Shown: in pieces, positions 1-9,462 of the stretch
Layout of the letters: the number at the start of each line of letters is the position of its first letter
Numbering within the stretch: position 1 is the stretch's first letter
Assembly: GCA_033764315.1 (NCBI GenBank)
Contig: JANRJA010000244.1
Span: 1 to 26,526 of the forward strand
DNA: 26,526 bases
Direction: 5' to 3'
Origin: Oculatellaceae cyanobacterium bins.114
GTDB lineage: Bacteria; Cyanobacteriota; Cyanobacteriia; Elainellales; Elainellaceae
The notes under the pieces: generated by a model
Told to the model about the DNA's origin: nothing
What the model saw: the letters and a program-made list of their open reading frames with translations, nothing else
Databases searched by the model: none
Translations under genes and position numbers: made by a program

Positions 1-870
1 TTCCTTCTTGAAGCGTGATTCTAATGAGTCTCGCAACTCCTGGAGGGTTTCAAATTCACTAATTTCCTGGGCAAAATCATCATCCAGTTCGGGCAACTCT
101 TTCTCCTTCAAATCTTTCAAGGTGATAGAGAAGACTGCTGGTTTACCGGCTAAATCCGCCTGAGGATATCCTTCCGGAAAGTTAACCGAAACCTCTTTGG
201 TTTCCCCAGAGGTCATGCCAATAATGCCATCAATAAACCCTTCAATGAATTTGCCTTCAACCAATTCAATCTCAAAATCAGTAGCACTACCGCCCTGAAT
301 TTCATCTGAACCTTCTTCTGTGGGTTGAGACAAACGCCCTGTAAAATCGACAACAGCGACGTCACCGCGCTGAGCTACCCGATTTTCGACAGGAACAAGG
401 GTTGCCATCCGATTACGGTAAGACTCTAAAACTTCATCAACCTTTTGAGGATCATAAGCAACCTCTTCGGCCTGAAGCTGAAACCCTTGATATTGGTCAA
501 GCGTTGCTGTTGGACTGACATCTACCGCCGCTGAGAAGGTAAAAGCAGATCCGGGATCATACTGACTAATCAAATCTTCAAAGGGCGATCGCAATTCAAA
601 GTTACCGATCGCCTCAATTTTCTCCTGCTCGATCGCCTTTTTCAGGCTGCTATCAATCAATTCCTCAATCACCGTGGCTTTGATACGAGTCAAACCCAAC
701 CGTTGAATGAGAACCTGACGTGGCACTTTGCCCTTGCGAAAGCCAGGAATATTCATCGAGCGCATGAAATCTTGCAGGGTCTTTTCATACGCCTGCTTAG
801 ACGCTTCAGGGGTGATTTCAATTTCCAGACCAATCTGGCTAGCGGGCAGCTTTTCCTGGGTTACTTTCAT
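1..870 (-). CDS. tig: Trigger factor (5' part; runs off the window edge)
   Basis: Not in the ORF track because it is truncated. The reverse complement from ATG at 870 reads MKVTQEKLPASQIGLEIEI..., includes the ribosome-binding signature IPGFRKGKVP, then an FKBP-like part (AVVDFTGR...KFIEGFIDGIIGM...VNFPEGYP). Confidence 0.95.
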   Translation of the reverse strand, partial: MKVTQEKLPASQIGLEIEITPEASKQAYEKTLQDFMRSMNIPGFRKGKVPRQVLIQRLGLTRIKATVIEELIDSSLKKAIEQEKIEAIGNFELRSPFEDLISQYDPGSAFTFSAAVDVSPTATLDQYQGFQLQAEEVAYDPQKVDEVLESYRNRMATLVPVENRVAQRGDVAVVDFTGRLSQPTEEGSDEIQGGSATDFEIELVEGKFIEGFIDGIIGMTSGETKEVSVNFPEGYPQADLAGKPAVFSITLKDLKEKELPELDDDFAQEISEFETLQELRDSLESRFKKE

Positions 871-1307
871 CGGTTCTCTCGTGGCACAATCATGCGGTTA
901 CTCAGATTTTTTTCGGTATCACCGCAATTAGTTATAGTAACTGATCTCGATAGACCCGATGTAATTCTAAACAGTTTTGAGATCAGGCAATCTTAACAAT
1001 AGGCACCCTGGACTTTGTGCCGCAAACTGGCTAGACCTGTTGTAAAAGAACCGTTTACACCTTTAAGCAGCTATTCATGTGCAAGGTCTAAGTGATAATG
1101 TCTTAAATCAGGGTGTTGCTGGCGATTTAAAATGCTTGGTTATGGGTCAGACCTTGACATTAGCCCTCTGACATGAGCCAAGTACAAGCGATCGCAAGGT
1201 TGGCTATGATCAAAAAATCTCTTGCTAGGTGCCCGTTATTGGGGTCTAGCTTTGTAAATTTCTGCTCAGGTCAAATTCGATTTTTATTTTAGAGATAGGG
1301 CAGCGGC

Positions 1308-1348
1308 TATACTACAGAGTGAATTAGAAGAGTGGATTAGAGTGAATT
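1308..1348 (+). promoter_or_regulatory. Putative -10 box (TATACT) of the asd operon followed by three AGAGTG[A/G]ATT direct repeats
   Basis: TATACT at 1308-1313; repeats at 1316-1325, 1329-1338 and 1339-1348. Confidence 0.35.
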
Positions 1349-1451
1349 CACCCGTCTTGTAGATTGAAGCTCTATAAAAATTGTTATTTGATTTTGAAAT
1401 CTTTGTAATTATTTGCCGTTTCTTGAAAGATCACGCTGGAGGAAATCAATT

Positions 1452-2504
1452 TTGCCAAATTTGTATCGAGTTGCCATTTTAGGAGCGACTGGGGCTGTTG
1501 GAACTGAACTCTTAACGCTGTTAGCCGAGCGTCAATTTCCGCTGGCAGAGCTTAAACTTCTGGCTTCTCCCCGTTCAGCTGGGCAAACCTTGCTGTTTCA
1601 GGGCGAGTCATTAGTCGTAGAAGCGGTTAATGATCACTCTTTTGATGGCATTGATATTGTCTTGGCATCAGCGGGTGGCTCGACTTCAAAACAGTGGGCA
1701 TCCAAAGCAGTAGCAGCAGGGGCGGTTGTCATTGATAACTCCAGTGCCTTTCGCATGGATCCAACGGTGCCGCTGGTGGTGCCAGAGGTCAATCCTCAAG
1801 CAGCAGCCGATCATCGGGGAATTATCGCCAATCCAAACTGCTCCACGATTTTAATGGTGGTTGCCATTTACCCCCTGCATAAGGTGCAACCAATTCGGCG
1901 AGTGGTGGTTTCAACCTATCAGGCGGCAAGCGGTGCTGGAGCACGAGCCATCGAAGAAGTTAAGGCTCAGGCGATCGCCATCTTAAATGGACAGACTCCT
2001 CCCACAGATATCTTTCCCTATCCGCTAGCATTCAACCTCTTCCCTCACAACACTCCCTTAGATGAACAGGGATATTGCCAGGAAGAAATGAAAATGGTGA
2101 ATGAGACGCGTAAAATCTTTGATGACCCCAACATCCGAATTACGGCGACCTGTGTACGGGTTCCAGTATTGCGGGCACACTCAGAAGCCGTTAACCTAGA
2201 GTTTGAGACTTCATTTGATGTAGAGCAGGCTCGGCAAATTTTGAGTCAGGCTCCCGGCATCAAATTAGTTGAAGATTGGCAAGCTAATTACTTCCCTATG
2301 CCCATTGACGCCACTGGTCAAGATAATGTTTTGGTAGGGCGAATTCGCCAAGATATTTCCCATCCTTGTGGAGTTGAGTTGTGGTTAAGTGGTGATCAGA
2401 TCCGCAAAGGAGCGGCACTCAATGCAGTGCAGATTGCCGAGTTATTAATTACCCAAAACCTGCTGCAATCATCTGACAAAATTGAGATGGTCGCTAAGGT
2501 TTAA
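1452..2504 (+). CDS. asd: Aspartate-semialdehyde dehydrogenase
   Basis: GATGAVG Rossmann motif, IDNSSAFRM, catalytic ANPNCST, DQIRKGAALNAVQIAE. Start placed at TTG 1452 (GGAGG at 1438-1442) rather than 1413. Confidence 0.96.
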   Translation: MPNLYRVAILGATGAVGTELLTLLAERQFPLAELKLLASPRSAGQTLLFQGESLVVEAVNDHSFDGIDIVLASAGGSTSKQWASKAVAAGAVVIDNSSAFRMDPTVPLVVPEVNPQAAADHRGIIANPNCSTILMVVAIYPLHKVQPIRRVVVSTYQAASGAGARAIEEVKAQAIAILNGQTPPTDIFPYPLAFNLFPHNTPLDEQGYCQEEMKMVNETRKIFDDPNIRITATCVRVPVLRAHSEAVNLEFETSFDVEQARQILSQAPGIKLVEDWQANYFPMPIDATGQDNVLVGRIRQDISHPCGVELWLSGDQIRKGAALNAVQIAELLITQNLLQSSDKIEMVAKV

Positions 2505-2527
2505 GGAATTGGGTGTAGGAGATAGGT

Positions 2528-3421
2528 GTGACTAACTTTGGACGAGTTTTAACTGCCATGATCACGCCGTTTAATGCTGACGGCAAGGTCGATTATGCTG
2601 TTGCTGAGGCGTTAGCGGTGCATTTAGCCAATCATGGCACAGACACACTCGTCATCTGTGGTACCACAGGTGAGTCACCAACTCTCACATGGGATGAGGA
2701 ATATCAGTTATTTCAGGTCATTCAACACGCTGTAGTCGGTAAGGCCAAAATTATTGCTGGAACAGGGTCAAATTCTACGGCTGAGGCAATTGCAGCAACT
2801 CAAAAAGCAGATAAACTAGGACTAGATGGATCACTCCAGGTCGTTCCCTATTACAACAAACCACCGCAGGAGGGGTTGTACCACCACTTTCGAGCGATCG
2901 CAGAGGCTAGTCCCGACCTACCCATGTTGCTCTACAACATTCCAGGACGCACGGGGCAAAACCTGCTTCCTGAAACGATCGCCCGTTTGGCAGAAGTTCC
3001 TAACATCATTGCTGTCAAAGAAGCAAGTGGCAGCCTCGATCAGGTGAGTCAGGTTCGTCGTCTAACTCCATCTACTTTTGACATTTACTCTGGTGATGAC
3101 TCGATGACCCTTCCAATTTTGGCAGTTGGGGGGAAGGGAGTTGTAAGTGTCGCAAGTCATCTTGTGGGTGACGAATTGCAACAATTGATCCAAGCGTTTG
3201 AACAGGGTCAAACTCAAAGAGCTACCAACATTCATCTCCAACTTATTCCTTTGTTTAAAGCTCTGTTCCTCACAACCAACCCGATTCCCCTTAAGGCGGC
3301 TTTGAGATTACAAGGGTGGCAGGTTGGCTCTACTCGTCCTCCTTTATGTGATGTGACGCCAGATGTCATCCAAACTCTCCAATCTGTTATGGCTGAGCTT
3401 AATTTATTACCTCCTCGTTAA
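2528..3421 (+). CDS. dapA: 4-hydroxy-tetrahydrodipicolinate synthase
   Basis: [20 protein letters not shown] and Schiff-base KEASG motifs; AGGAG RBS before the GTG start. Confidence 0.97.
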   Translation: MTNFGRVLTAMITPFNADGKVDYAVAEALAVHLANHGTDTLVICGTTGESPTLTWDEEYQLFQVIQHAVVGKAKIIAGTGSNSTAEAIAATQKADKLGLDGSLQVVPYYNKPPQEGLYHHFRAIAEASPDLPMLLYNIPGRTGQNLLPETIARLAEVPNIIAVKEASGSLDQVSQVRRLTPSTFDIYSGDDSMTLPILAVGGKGVVSVASHLVGDELQQLIQAFEQGQTQRATNIHLQLIPLFKALFLTTNPIPLKAALRLQGWQVGSTRPPLCDVTPDVIQTLQSVMAELNLLPPR

Positions 3422-3641
3422 TTGACCCATTTAAGGTCTATGAGTGGGGTCACATAAGTTTCCTTACAACTGAATAGCTGAACCTCATAAATACTACAGA
3501 ACCTCTTCAATCGCTTTGGATTTATCCATCGAGTGGTTTGTGTTCTGCTTAGCGTCTACTGTACCTCCTATCTTGTTGGCACGCTTGATAGCTGTCTTGC
3601 TCGATAAATTTCACTCCAAACATTGCATTTTAAGGACATAC

Positions 3642-5402
3642 ATGAGTCAAAACGGATCGTCACCTACTCTCAAAATCATTCCTCTTGGGGGATTGCACGA
3701 AATTGGGAAAAACACCTGTGTTTTTGAATACAACGATGAAATCGTTTTATTAGATGCAGGTCTCGCTTTTCCAACAGATGGGATGCATGGTGTAAATGTT
3801 GTTTTACCAGACACCACTTACCTCCGAGACAATAAACAAAAAATCAAGGGCATGATCGTTACCCACGGTCATGAAGACCACATTGGGGGCATTCCCTTTC
3901 ACCTGAAGCAATTTGATATTCCAGTGATGTATGGTCCTCGGTTAGCGATGGCACTGTTACAAGGCAAATTAGAAGAAGCCGGGGTTGCCGATCGCACTGA
4001 GTTGAGAACCGTTCGCCCGCGCGACATGGTGCGAATTGGAAAATATTTTCTAGTAGAATATATTCGCAATACCCACTCAATTGCCGACAGTTTCACAGTG
4101 GCAATTCACACGCCAGTGGGTGTCGTCATTCATACCGGCGATTTCAAAATTGACCATACCCCTGTAGATGGCGAGTTCTTTGATTTTCAACGACTGGCAG
4201 AACATGGTGAGAAAGGCGTTTTATGCCTGATCAGCGATTCAACCAACTCTGAGGTGCCGGGGTCTACTCCATCTGAACGGTCGGTTTTTCCAAATCTTGA
4301 TCGCGCTTTTGCTCAAGCAAATGGTCGCTTGTTTGTCACGACCTTTGCCTCGTCAGTCCATCGCATCAATATGATTTTGGAATTGGCGAAAAAGCATCAA
4401 CGTGTGGTTGCCGTCTTGGGCCGCTCGATGCTAAATGTCATTGCCCAGGCGCGATCGCTGGGTTACATCAAGTGTGAAGACAGTCTGTTTGTCCCCCTCA
4501 ACATGATCAATAAGATTCCAGATCAGGGAGTCTTAATTTTGACCACTGGCTCTCAAGGAGAACCAATGGCAGCCATGACTCGTATTGCCAACCAAGAGCA
4601 CAAGCAGATCAAGGTTCGCAAGGGTGACACAATCATCTTCTCGGCAAACCCAATTCCAGGTAATACGATTGCCGTCGTCAACACAATTGACAAATTGATG
4701 ATTCAAGGGGCAAATGTCATCTACGGCAAAGATAAAGGCATCCACGTATCGGGGCATGGAGCACAAGAAGATCAGAAACTCATGATTGCTCTAACCCGTC
4801 CAAAGTTCTTCCTGCCCGTTCACGGAGAACACCGGATGTTAGTAAAACATTCTGAAACTGCTCAAAGTATGGGCATTCCCGCTGAGAACATGGTCATTAT
4901 CAATAACGGAGATGTTGTGGAATTGTCGCAAGATAACATTCGCATTGCCGGTAAAGTGCCCTCTGGAATTGAACTGGTTGATGCCTCTCGCGGTGGCGTA
5001 GTACGACAAAATGTCTTGAAAGAACGCCAACAATTGGCTGAAGATGGCATTATCACAGTCGCAGCAGCGATCGGCTGGAAGGGCGAACTGCTAGCAAAAC
5101 CCGAAATTCACATGCGGGGAGTGGTCACGTCAGTTGAGAAAGCCCGCTTTGAAAAAGCTGTAGTGCAAATTCTGGAAACGGTGTTGGGCGATCGCTGGAA
5201 GGAATTTACCCAAAACTTTGGCGATGGCGAAATCGAGGTTGAGTGGACTAAACTTCAGTCTCATCTAGAATCTGAACTGCGCCGCCTGATTCGCCGGGAA
5301 CTGCAAAACAACCCTATGTTGGTGTTTTTGCTGCAAACCCCCTCTGAGTCAGCCACCCAAACTGCCAGACGGCAACGCCCAGTTGAGCGAGTCGCTTCTT
5401 AA
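3642..5402 (+). CDS. rnj: Ribonuclease J
   Basis: LGGLHEIGKN, THGHEDHIG metallo-beta-lactamase motif, HTGDFK, TGSQGEP, HVSGH, PVHGE. Start placed at ATG 3642 (AAGGA upstream). The asd-dapA-rnj order is typical. Confidence 0.96.
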   Translation: MSQNGSSPTLKIIPLGGLHEIGKNTCVFEYNDEIVLLDAGLAFPTDGMHGVNVVLPDTTYLRDNKQKIKGMIVTHGHEDHIGGIPFHLKQFDIPVMYGPRLAMALLQGKLEEAGVADRTELRTVRPRDMVRIGKYFLVEYIRNTHSIADSFTVAIHTPVGVVIHTGDFKIDHTPVDGEFFDFQRLAEHGEKGVLCLISDSTNSEVPGSTPSERSVFPNLDRAFAQANGRLFVTTFASSVHRINMILELAKKHQRVVAVLGRSMLNVIAQARSLGYIKCEDSLFVPLNMINKIPDQGVLILTTGSQGEPMAAMTRIANQEHKQIKVRKGDTIIFSANPIPGNTIAVVNTIDKLMIQGANVIYGKDKGIHVSGHGAQEDQKLMIALTRPKFFLPVHGEHRMLVKHSETAQSMGIPAENMVIINNGDVVELSQDNIRIAGKVPSGIELVDASRGGVVRQNVLKERQQLAEDGIITVAAAIGWKGELLAKPEIHMRGVVTSVEKARFEKAVVQILETVLGDRWKEFTQNFGDGEIEVEWTKLQSHLESELRRLIRRELQNNPMLVFLLQTPSESATQTARRQRPVERVAS

Positions 5403-5526
5403 AAGCTAAGTATCAACAGAGTCTCGTGGTTAAGAGTTCTGAGGGATGAACTAAGAATCGGTGAATGCTTTGCCCTCAGACTCTCCCAAACGATTTACCC
5501 CTCCTTATCGAGAAAGCTGAGAACGC

Positions 5527-5680
5527 TAAGTAGGAAGGCAGAGTTATTTGTAAGAGACATTTCGCCTCCCATTCGACTCGCTCAGGGCAAGCCCCTTCAG
5601 TGACCGGAATCTTTGCCAGAAGAGGGTTGAGCGTAGCCGAAACTTGGCATTTCGTCTATTTCAATTTCACTCAACTCCAG
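5527..5680. mobile_element. Degenerate MITE-like element with internal REP-like inverted repeat
   Basis: Internal IR TTCGACTCGCTCAG (5572-5585) / TTGAGCGTAGCCGAA (5627-5641). The left end TAAGTAGGAAGGCAGAGTTATTTG resembles dispersed cyanobacterial repeat ends as I recall them; the right end is eroded. Confidence 0.45.
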
Positions 5681-6178
5681 ATTAGCTTTAGCAAGCTTAA
5701 AATTCTCGTTGGATTGAAGTTAGTTTAATAATTTTTTGACTAGGGTGAGTACCAGTAAAGCGGTTATTCACCCTCATTTGTGGATTGCCAGAGAAAGGCG
5801 ATCGCCTTTTTCCTCAAGGGATGATTAGTACAAACATATCCGTAATAACCCTGAAATCGTTAGAATCAGGAGGGGAAATTTTAGTGGGATTACTCACTAA
5901 AAGATTCCGGATTTAGGGCAAGATTGAGCTGTTAAGTAGAAGGGGACAGTTGATCACACTGCCACACACTCCCACCTCACCAGAAATTGTCGGACTAGGA
6001 TAAACGGGGTAAACAAGGACGATTACTTCACCGAGCAACCACTCCACATCGTTCCTCAATCTCAGACCCATTTACAAATTCTCTTTAGTCGTTGCGATCC
6101 CCGTCCGATAAGTTCCGATTTAAGACTGTAGACATCAATAGCTAAGTCCCTAACCCTCACTACTCTTGAGGAAACCAG

Positions 6179-6586
6179 ATGAAAGCACCGGACTGCAACC
6201 ATCAAACCATCATCACCCAAGACATTGCGCTCGTCAGTTGGATCTGGCTAGATCGGCAAAACGTTGTTATCCCTTCAGAGCCTTCCAGCCAACCAACTCA
6301 TTCTCAGCCCACAGCTGATAAACCTTCGTTCGACCTGTTACGCCCTCTACGCCAATGGCTAGACAACATTAAAGTCTGCGATGCCCATGTGGCTCGACGG
6401 TTGTGCCGACTGATCCCCGCTCAATGTCCTTTTGAGCGCACGATTCAACTGTTTGGTCGTACGCTTCTCCACATTCCTCCGATGTGCAAGCTCAACCCTT
6501 TATACGACGAAGTGGTGGCCTTGCGATTTCGCGCCTTGTGCTATTTAGCCGATGAGTGCGGCGAAGACATTAGTTCCTATTGTTAG
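6179..6586 (+). CDS. Mo-dependent nitrogenase C-terminal domain-containing protein (function unknown)
   Basis: Signature CRLIPAQCPFER...IPPMCKLNPLY...LRFRALCYL; GAGGA RBS. Confidence 0.88.
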   Translation: MKAPDCNHQTIITQDIALVSWIWLDRQNVVIPSEPSSQPTHSQPTADKPSFDLLRPLRQWLDNIKVCDAHVARRLCRLIPAQCPFERTIQLFGRTLLHIPPMCKLNPLYDEVVALRFRALCYLADECGEDISSYC

Positions 6587-6596
6587 AGCAAAACTG

Positions 6597-6624
6597 GAGG
6601 GAGCTAAACATGGCTAGCTCCCTC
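6597..6624. terminator. Hairpin between convergent genes (likely terminator)
   Basis: GAGGGAGCTA-N8-TAGCTCCCTC, perfect 10-bp stem; no clear U-tract. Confidence 0.6.
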
Positions 6625-6667
6625 ATGGCATCTCGGCAGAATAAGAGATTTAATGGGTGCTCCTAAG

Positions 6668-6785
6668 TACTGCTTTTCACAGATAGGGTTCGGCAATAAA
6701 ACCAAGGGGGTGTGGGGGCTGCGCCCCCAGCCAGGGGTGAAACCCTTGCACCCCAAATTCCCACCCCTATTTACGGCGAGTTGTA
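6668..6785. mobile_element. MITE with TAC...GTA ends, CTAAG target-site duplication and GC-rich internal hairpins
   Basis: CTAAG at 6663-6667 and 6786-6790. Imperfect TIR TACTGCTTTTCACAGATAGGG versus the right-end reverse complement TACAACTCGCCGTAAATAGGG. Internal TGGGGGC-TGC-GCCCCCA and CAGGGGT-GAA-ACCCTTG hairpins. Confidence 0.7.
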
Positions 6786-7541
6786 CTAAGCAACCGTCGA
6801 AGACTCTGATTCGGTATCACTTGCATCTTCAATCTGTGTGGCAGGCAACTCTAGACAGTAGCCCGCTCCATAGACTGTTTTGATGTAACGAGGATGGCGG
6901 GGATCAGGTTCTAGTTTGGTTCTCAAGTGTCTGACATGCACCCTAATCGTTTCAATATCATCATCGGGATCATAGCCCCAGACTTCTTTAAGGATCTCGC
7001 TGGGCGAGACAGTCTGACCATGACGCTGCAACAAACAGTGGAGCAACTCAAATTCGAGATGAGTCAATTTCACAGTTTGATCAAACCAGATTGCTTCTAA
7101 CCGCTCAGGGACAAGCGTTAGAGGACCATAGTTGAGAATCTCGCTGTGTTTGGCAGCTTGGGGAATGCGATCAGTACGTCGCAAAAGTGCCCGAACCCGC
7201 GCCAACATTTCTTCAATTTCAAATGGCTTTGTTAAGTAATCGTCAGCACCAGCGTTAAAACCATCTACTTTGTCTTGGGTTTGACCAAGGGCTGTCAACA
7301 TCAATACTGGAATATCGGCTGTGCGCTCATCCCGACGTAAACGCTGGCAAACTGTAAAACCATCCACCTTAGGCAGCATAAGGTCTAGCATAATAAGGTC
7401 GGGCAATAGCTGTAGAGCTAACGCCTGACCCTTAATGCCGTCAGTTGCCTGACTGACATCATACCCGGCCATCTCTAAATTCACAGCGACTAGCTCTGAA
7501 ATGGCGGGGTCATCGTCAATGACGAGTATCCGAGGCATCAT
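6786..7541 (-). CDS. rpaA: OmpR-family response regulator RpaA (circadian output regulator)
   Basis: Receiver domain (IDDD, LDLMLP, KPF) plus winged helix; characteristic [24 protein letters not shown] and [27 protein letters not shown]. Start may be 7538. Confidence 0.93.
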   Translation of the reverse strand: MMPRILVIDDDPAISELVAVNLEMAGYDVSQATDGIKGQALALQLLPDLIMLDLMLPKVDGFTVCQRLRRDERTADIPVLMLTALGQTQDKVDGFNAGADDYLTKPFEIEEMLARVRALLRRTDRIPQAAKHSEILNYGPLTLVPERLEAIWFDQTVKLTHLEFELLHCLLQRHGQTVSPSEILKEVWGYDPDDDIETIRVHVRHLRTKLEPDPRHPRYIKTVYGAGYCLELPATQIEDASDTESESSTVA

Positions 7542-7736
7542 TCAATAAGATTTAACGACAAAATGTGTAGCAATAATTGAGGACTTGTTTAGGAATAAGA
7601 AGATTCCTGTAAGGATTCTAAAGCTTTTCTGAACAAAGTGCACCTGATGAATGCGAATTAGCAGTGCCTAGAGCAAAAGTTTGCAATAGGTAGACCTAAA
7701 ATTCATCAAAAATGAAGTCATTTACGAGAATTTGGA

Positions 7737-8936
7737 ATGCTCTTAGCCATTGTCATGCTTGGGCTGATCAGTACTGTGCTGTATGGGTTGAAGCTACAAC
7801 GGGTGGCTCGACATGCGCCTCGGCTACTGCCTCAGCTTGACAGGCTCCCCCAGGAAGCTCAATTTTCGCCAACCGTAGCAGTTGTGGTACCTGCCTATAA
7901 CGAAGCTAACCATGTTGAAGAGTGTCTGCGATCGATTTTAGGCAGCACGATGTTGCCTGTAGACCGATTGGAGGTGTGGTTGGTGGATGATGGCTCAACT
8001 GATGAAACTTGGGCGATCGCACAGGCACTACACCAGCAACTTGGTGATCCTCGGCTTAAGCTACTGGCAGGTCAACCCCGACCTCAAGATGAAGTCTGGG
8101 TTGGCAAAAATTGGGCTTGTACCCAGGCGGCAATGTTGATCAAAGCTGACTACCTGTTGTTTTTAGATGCTGATATGCGCCTCAAACCAGGGGCGATCGA
8201 AACGGCAGTCACCGCCGCAGCCCAAGAAAAAGTCGATTTGCTCAGTTGTGCTCCGGCGATTGTCTGTGGTTGCTGGTCAGAGTGGCTTATCCAACCGCTG
8301 ATGATTGGAGTGTTGTTGGCAGGGTTTCCATTTGACGCGGTGAACGATCCTCATGACAAAACAGCATTTGCGACAGGTCAATTTATGCTGTTTCGGCGTG
8401 CGGCCTATGAGGCCGTAGGAGGACATCGAGCCGTAGCCCCTCAAGTTGTCGAGGATGTAGAACTGGCTCAACAGATTAAATCGAGTGGCTTTAACTTGCG
8501 ATATGTCTTGGGAGCCGAGTTAGCAGCGGTGCAGATGTATGACTCCTGGGCCGCCATTTGGGAAGGTTGGACGAAGAACCTCTATCTGGGTTGTCAGCGA
8601 AACCTTAAAACGATCGCCCATCTTTGTTTAGCGGTGCTGATCACCTGTACCTTGCCCTGGATAGCCTTGGGATTCTTGTTGAGCCAAGCGGTGTTTACTC
8701 CAATCTCTTGGGTTGATGGAGTGGCGATCGCACTTGCCGTGATCACAGTCGCCTTACATTACGACTTACGCCGCACAGAAGAAAAAATTGTGCATATTCC
8801 TCCTCGCTACTGGTGGCTCACTGCTTTGGGAGGAGTATTCATTGTGGCGATCGCTATTGGTTCTGCCATCAAAACTGAGACAGGGTGGGGGTGGACCTGG
8901 CGAGGACGTTTGCTCTATTCTCCCGTAAAGAAATAA
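7737..8936 (+). CDS. Family 2 glycosyltransferase, CruG/CrtQ-like (possible carotenoid glycosyltransferase)
   Basis: VPAYNE, VDDGSTD, WVGKNWAC, FLDAD, EDVELA; N- and C-terminal hydrophobic helices. Substrate is an inference. Confidence 0.85.
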   Translation: MLLAIVMLGLISTVLYGLKLQRVARHAPRLLPQLDRLPQEAQFSPTVAVVVPAYNEANHVEECLRSILGSTMLPVDRLEVWLVDDGSTDETWAIAQALHQQLGDPRLKLLAGQPRPQDEVWVGKNWACTQAAMLIKADYLLFLDADMRLKPGAIETAVTAAAQEKVDLLSCAPAIVCGCWSEWLIQPLMIGVLLAGFPFDAVNDPHDKTAFATGQFMLFRRAAYEAVGGHRAVAPQVVEDVELAQQIKSSGFNLRYVLGAELAAVQMYDSWAAIWEGWTKNLYLGCQRNLKTIAHLCLAVLITCTLPWIALGFLLSQAVFTPISWVDGVAIALAVITVALHYDLRRTEEKIVHIPPRYWWLTALGGVFIVAIAIGSAIKTETGWGWTWRGRLLYSPVKK

Positions 8937-9020
8937 TGCTTCAAGGAGTAATCGTTGATGTTTGTTAGTGTCAACAGGCTGCTATTGTGAAGAAATTGAT
9001 ACCTGCAACCGCACCTCAAA

Positions 9021-9407
9021 TTGAAGCCAAAACGCTCCAAGTTTTTATTATTAGCCTTACTCAATTCCCTGGCTGATTTTGATGGAGAGCTATCGGAAGA
9101 TGCGAACAGACTCTTGGATGAATTGAGCCGACGGTCTGACGTCCTTCCTCCACTGTATGCCGATGTTTTTGTTTTACCTGGTTCTGCCACTTGTGCTGAT
9201 TTGGTAAAGCGGATTAAGTCACTGTCTCAAAAGCAGATTGCGATCGCCAGTTACGCCTTTCAAATCTTTCGCTTTTATGAGCAAATCTTGAGGGCGAGTT
9301 CGATTGAGACATCCCCACAACAAAAGGCAGCCTATGAGTCTCAATTAGAGAAAGTGCGCCTCTCAGTGGCTCGCACCAAAGTAGCTCTGGCAGAATCCTT
9401 TGGGTAA
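9021..9407 (+). CDS. Hypothetical helical protein
   Basis: 128-aa ORF with TTG start and protein-like composition, filling the gap; no recognised motif. Confidence 0.6.
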   Translation: MKPKRSKFLLLALLNSLADFDGELSEDANRLLDELSRRSDVLPPLYADVFVLPGSATCADLVKRIKSLSQKQIAIASYAFQIFRFYEQILRASSIETSPQQKAAYESQLEKVRLSVARTKVALAESFG

Positions 9408-9462
9408 GGGTGGAAAAACTACTACAATGACCTGTGAGAAATGATCAGGAAAATTGATCGCC

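Noticed and set aside
703..996. ORFs 703-996 and 728-931 (+)
   Set aside because: Antisense shadows of tig, with no recognisable features.
3516..3641. 42-aa N-terminal extension of RNase J
   Set aside because: Homology starts after Met 3642, which has an RBS; the extension is probably untranslated leader.
6653..6883. 76-aa ORF (+)
   Set aside because: Translation of the MITE plus the antisense end of rpaA.
7596..7623. Possible RpaA autoregulatory site (TAAG/TAAAG repeats)
   Set aside because: Too degenerate and AT-rich to support by eye.
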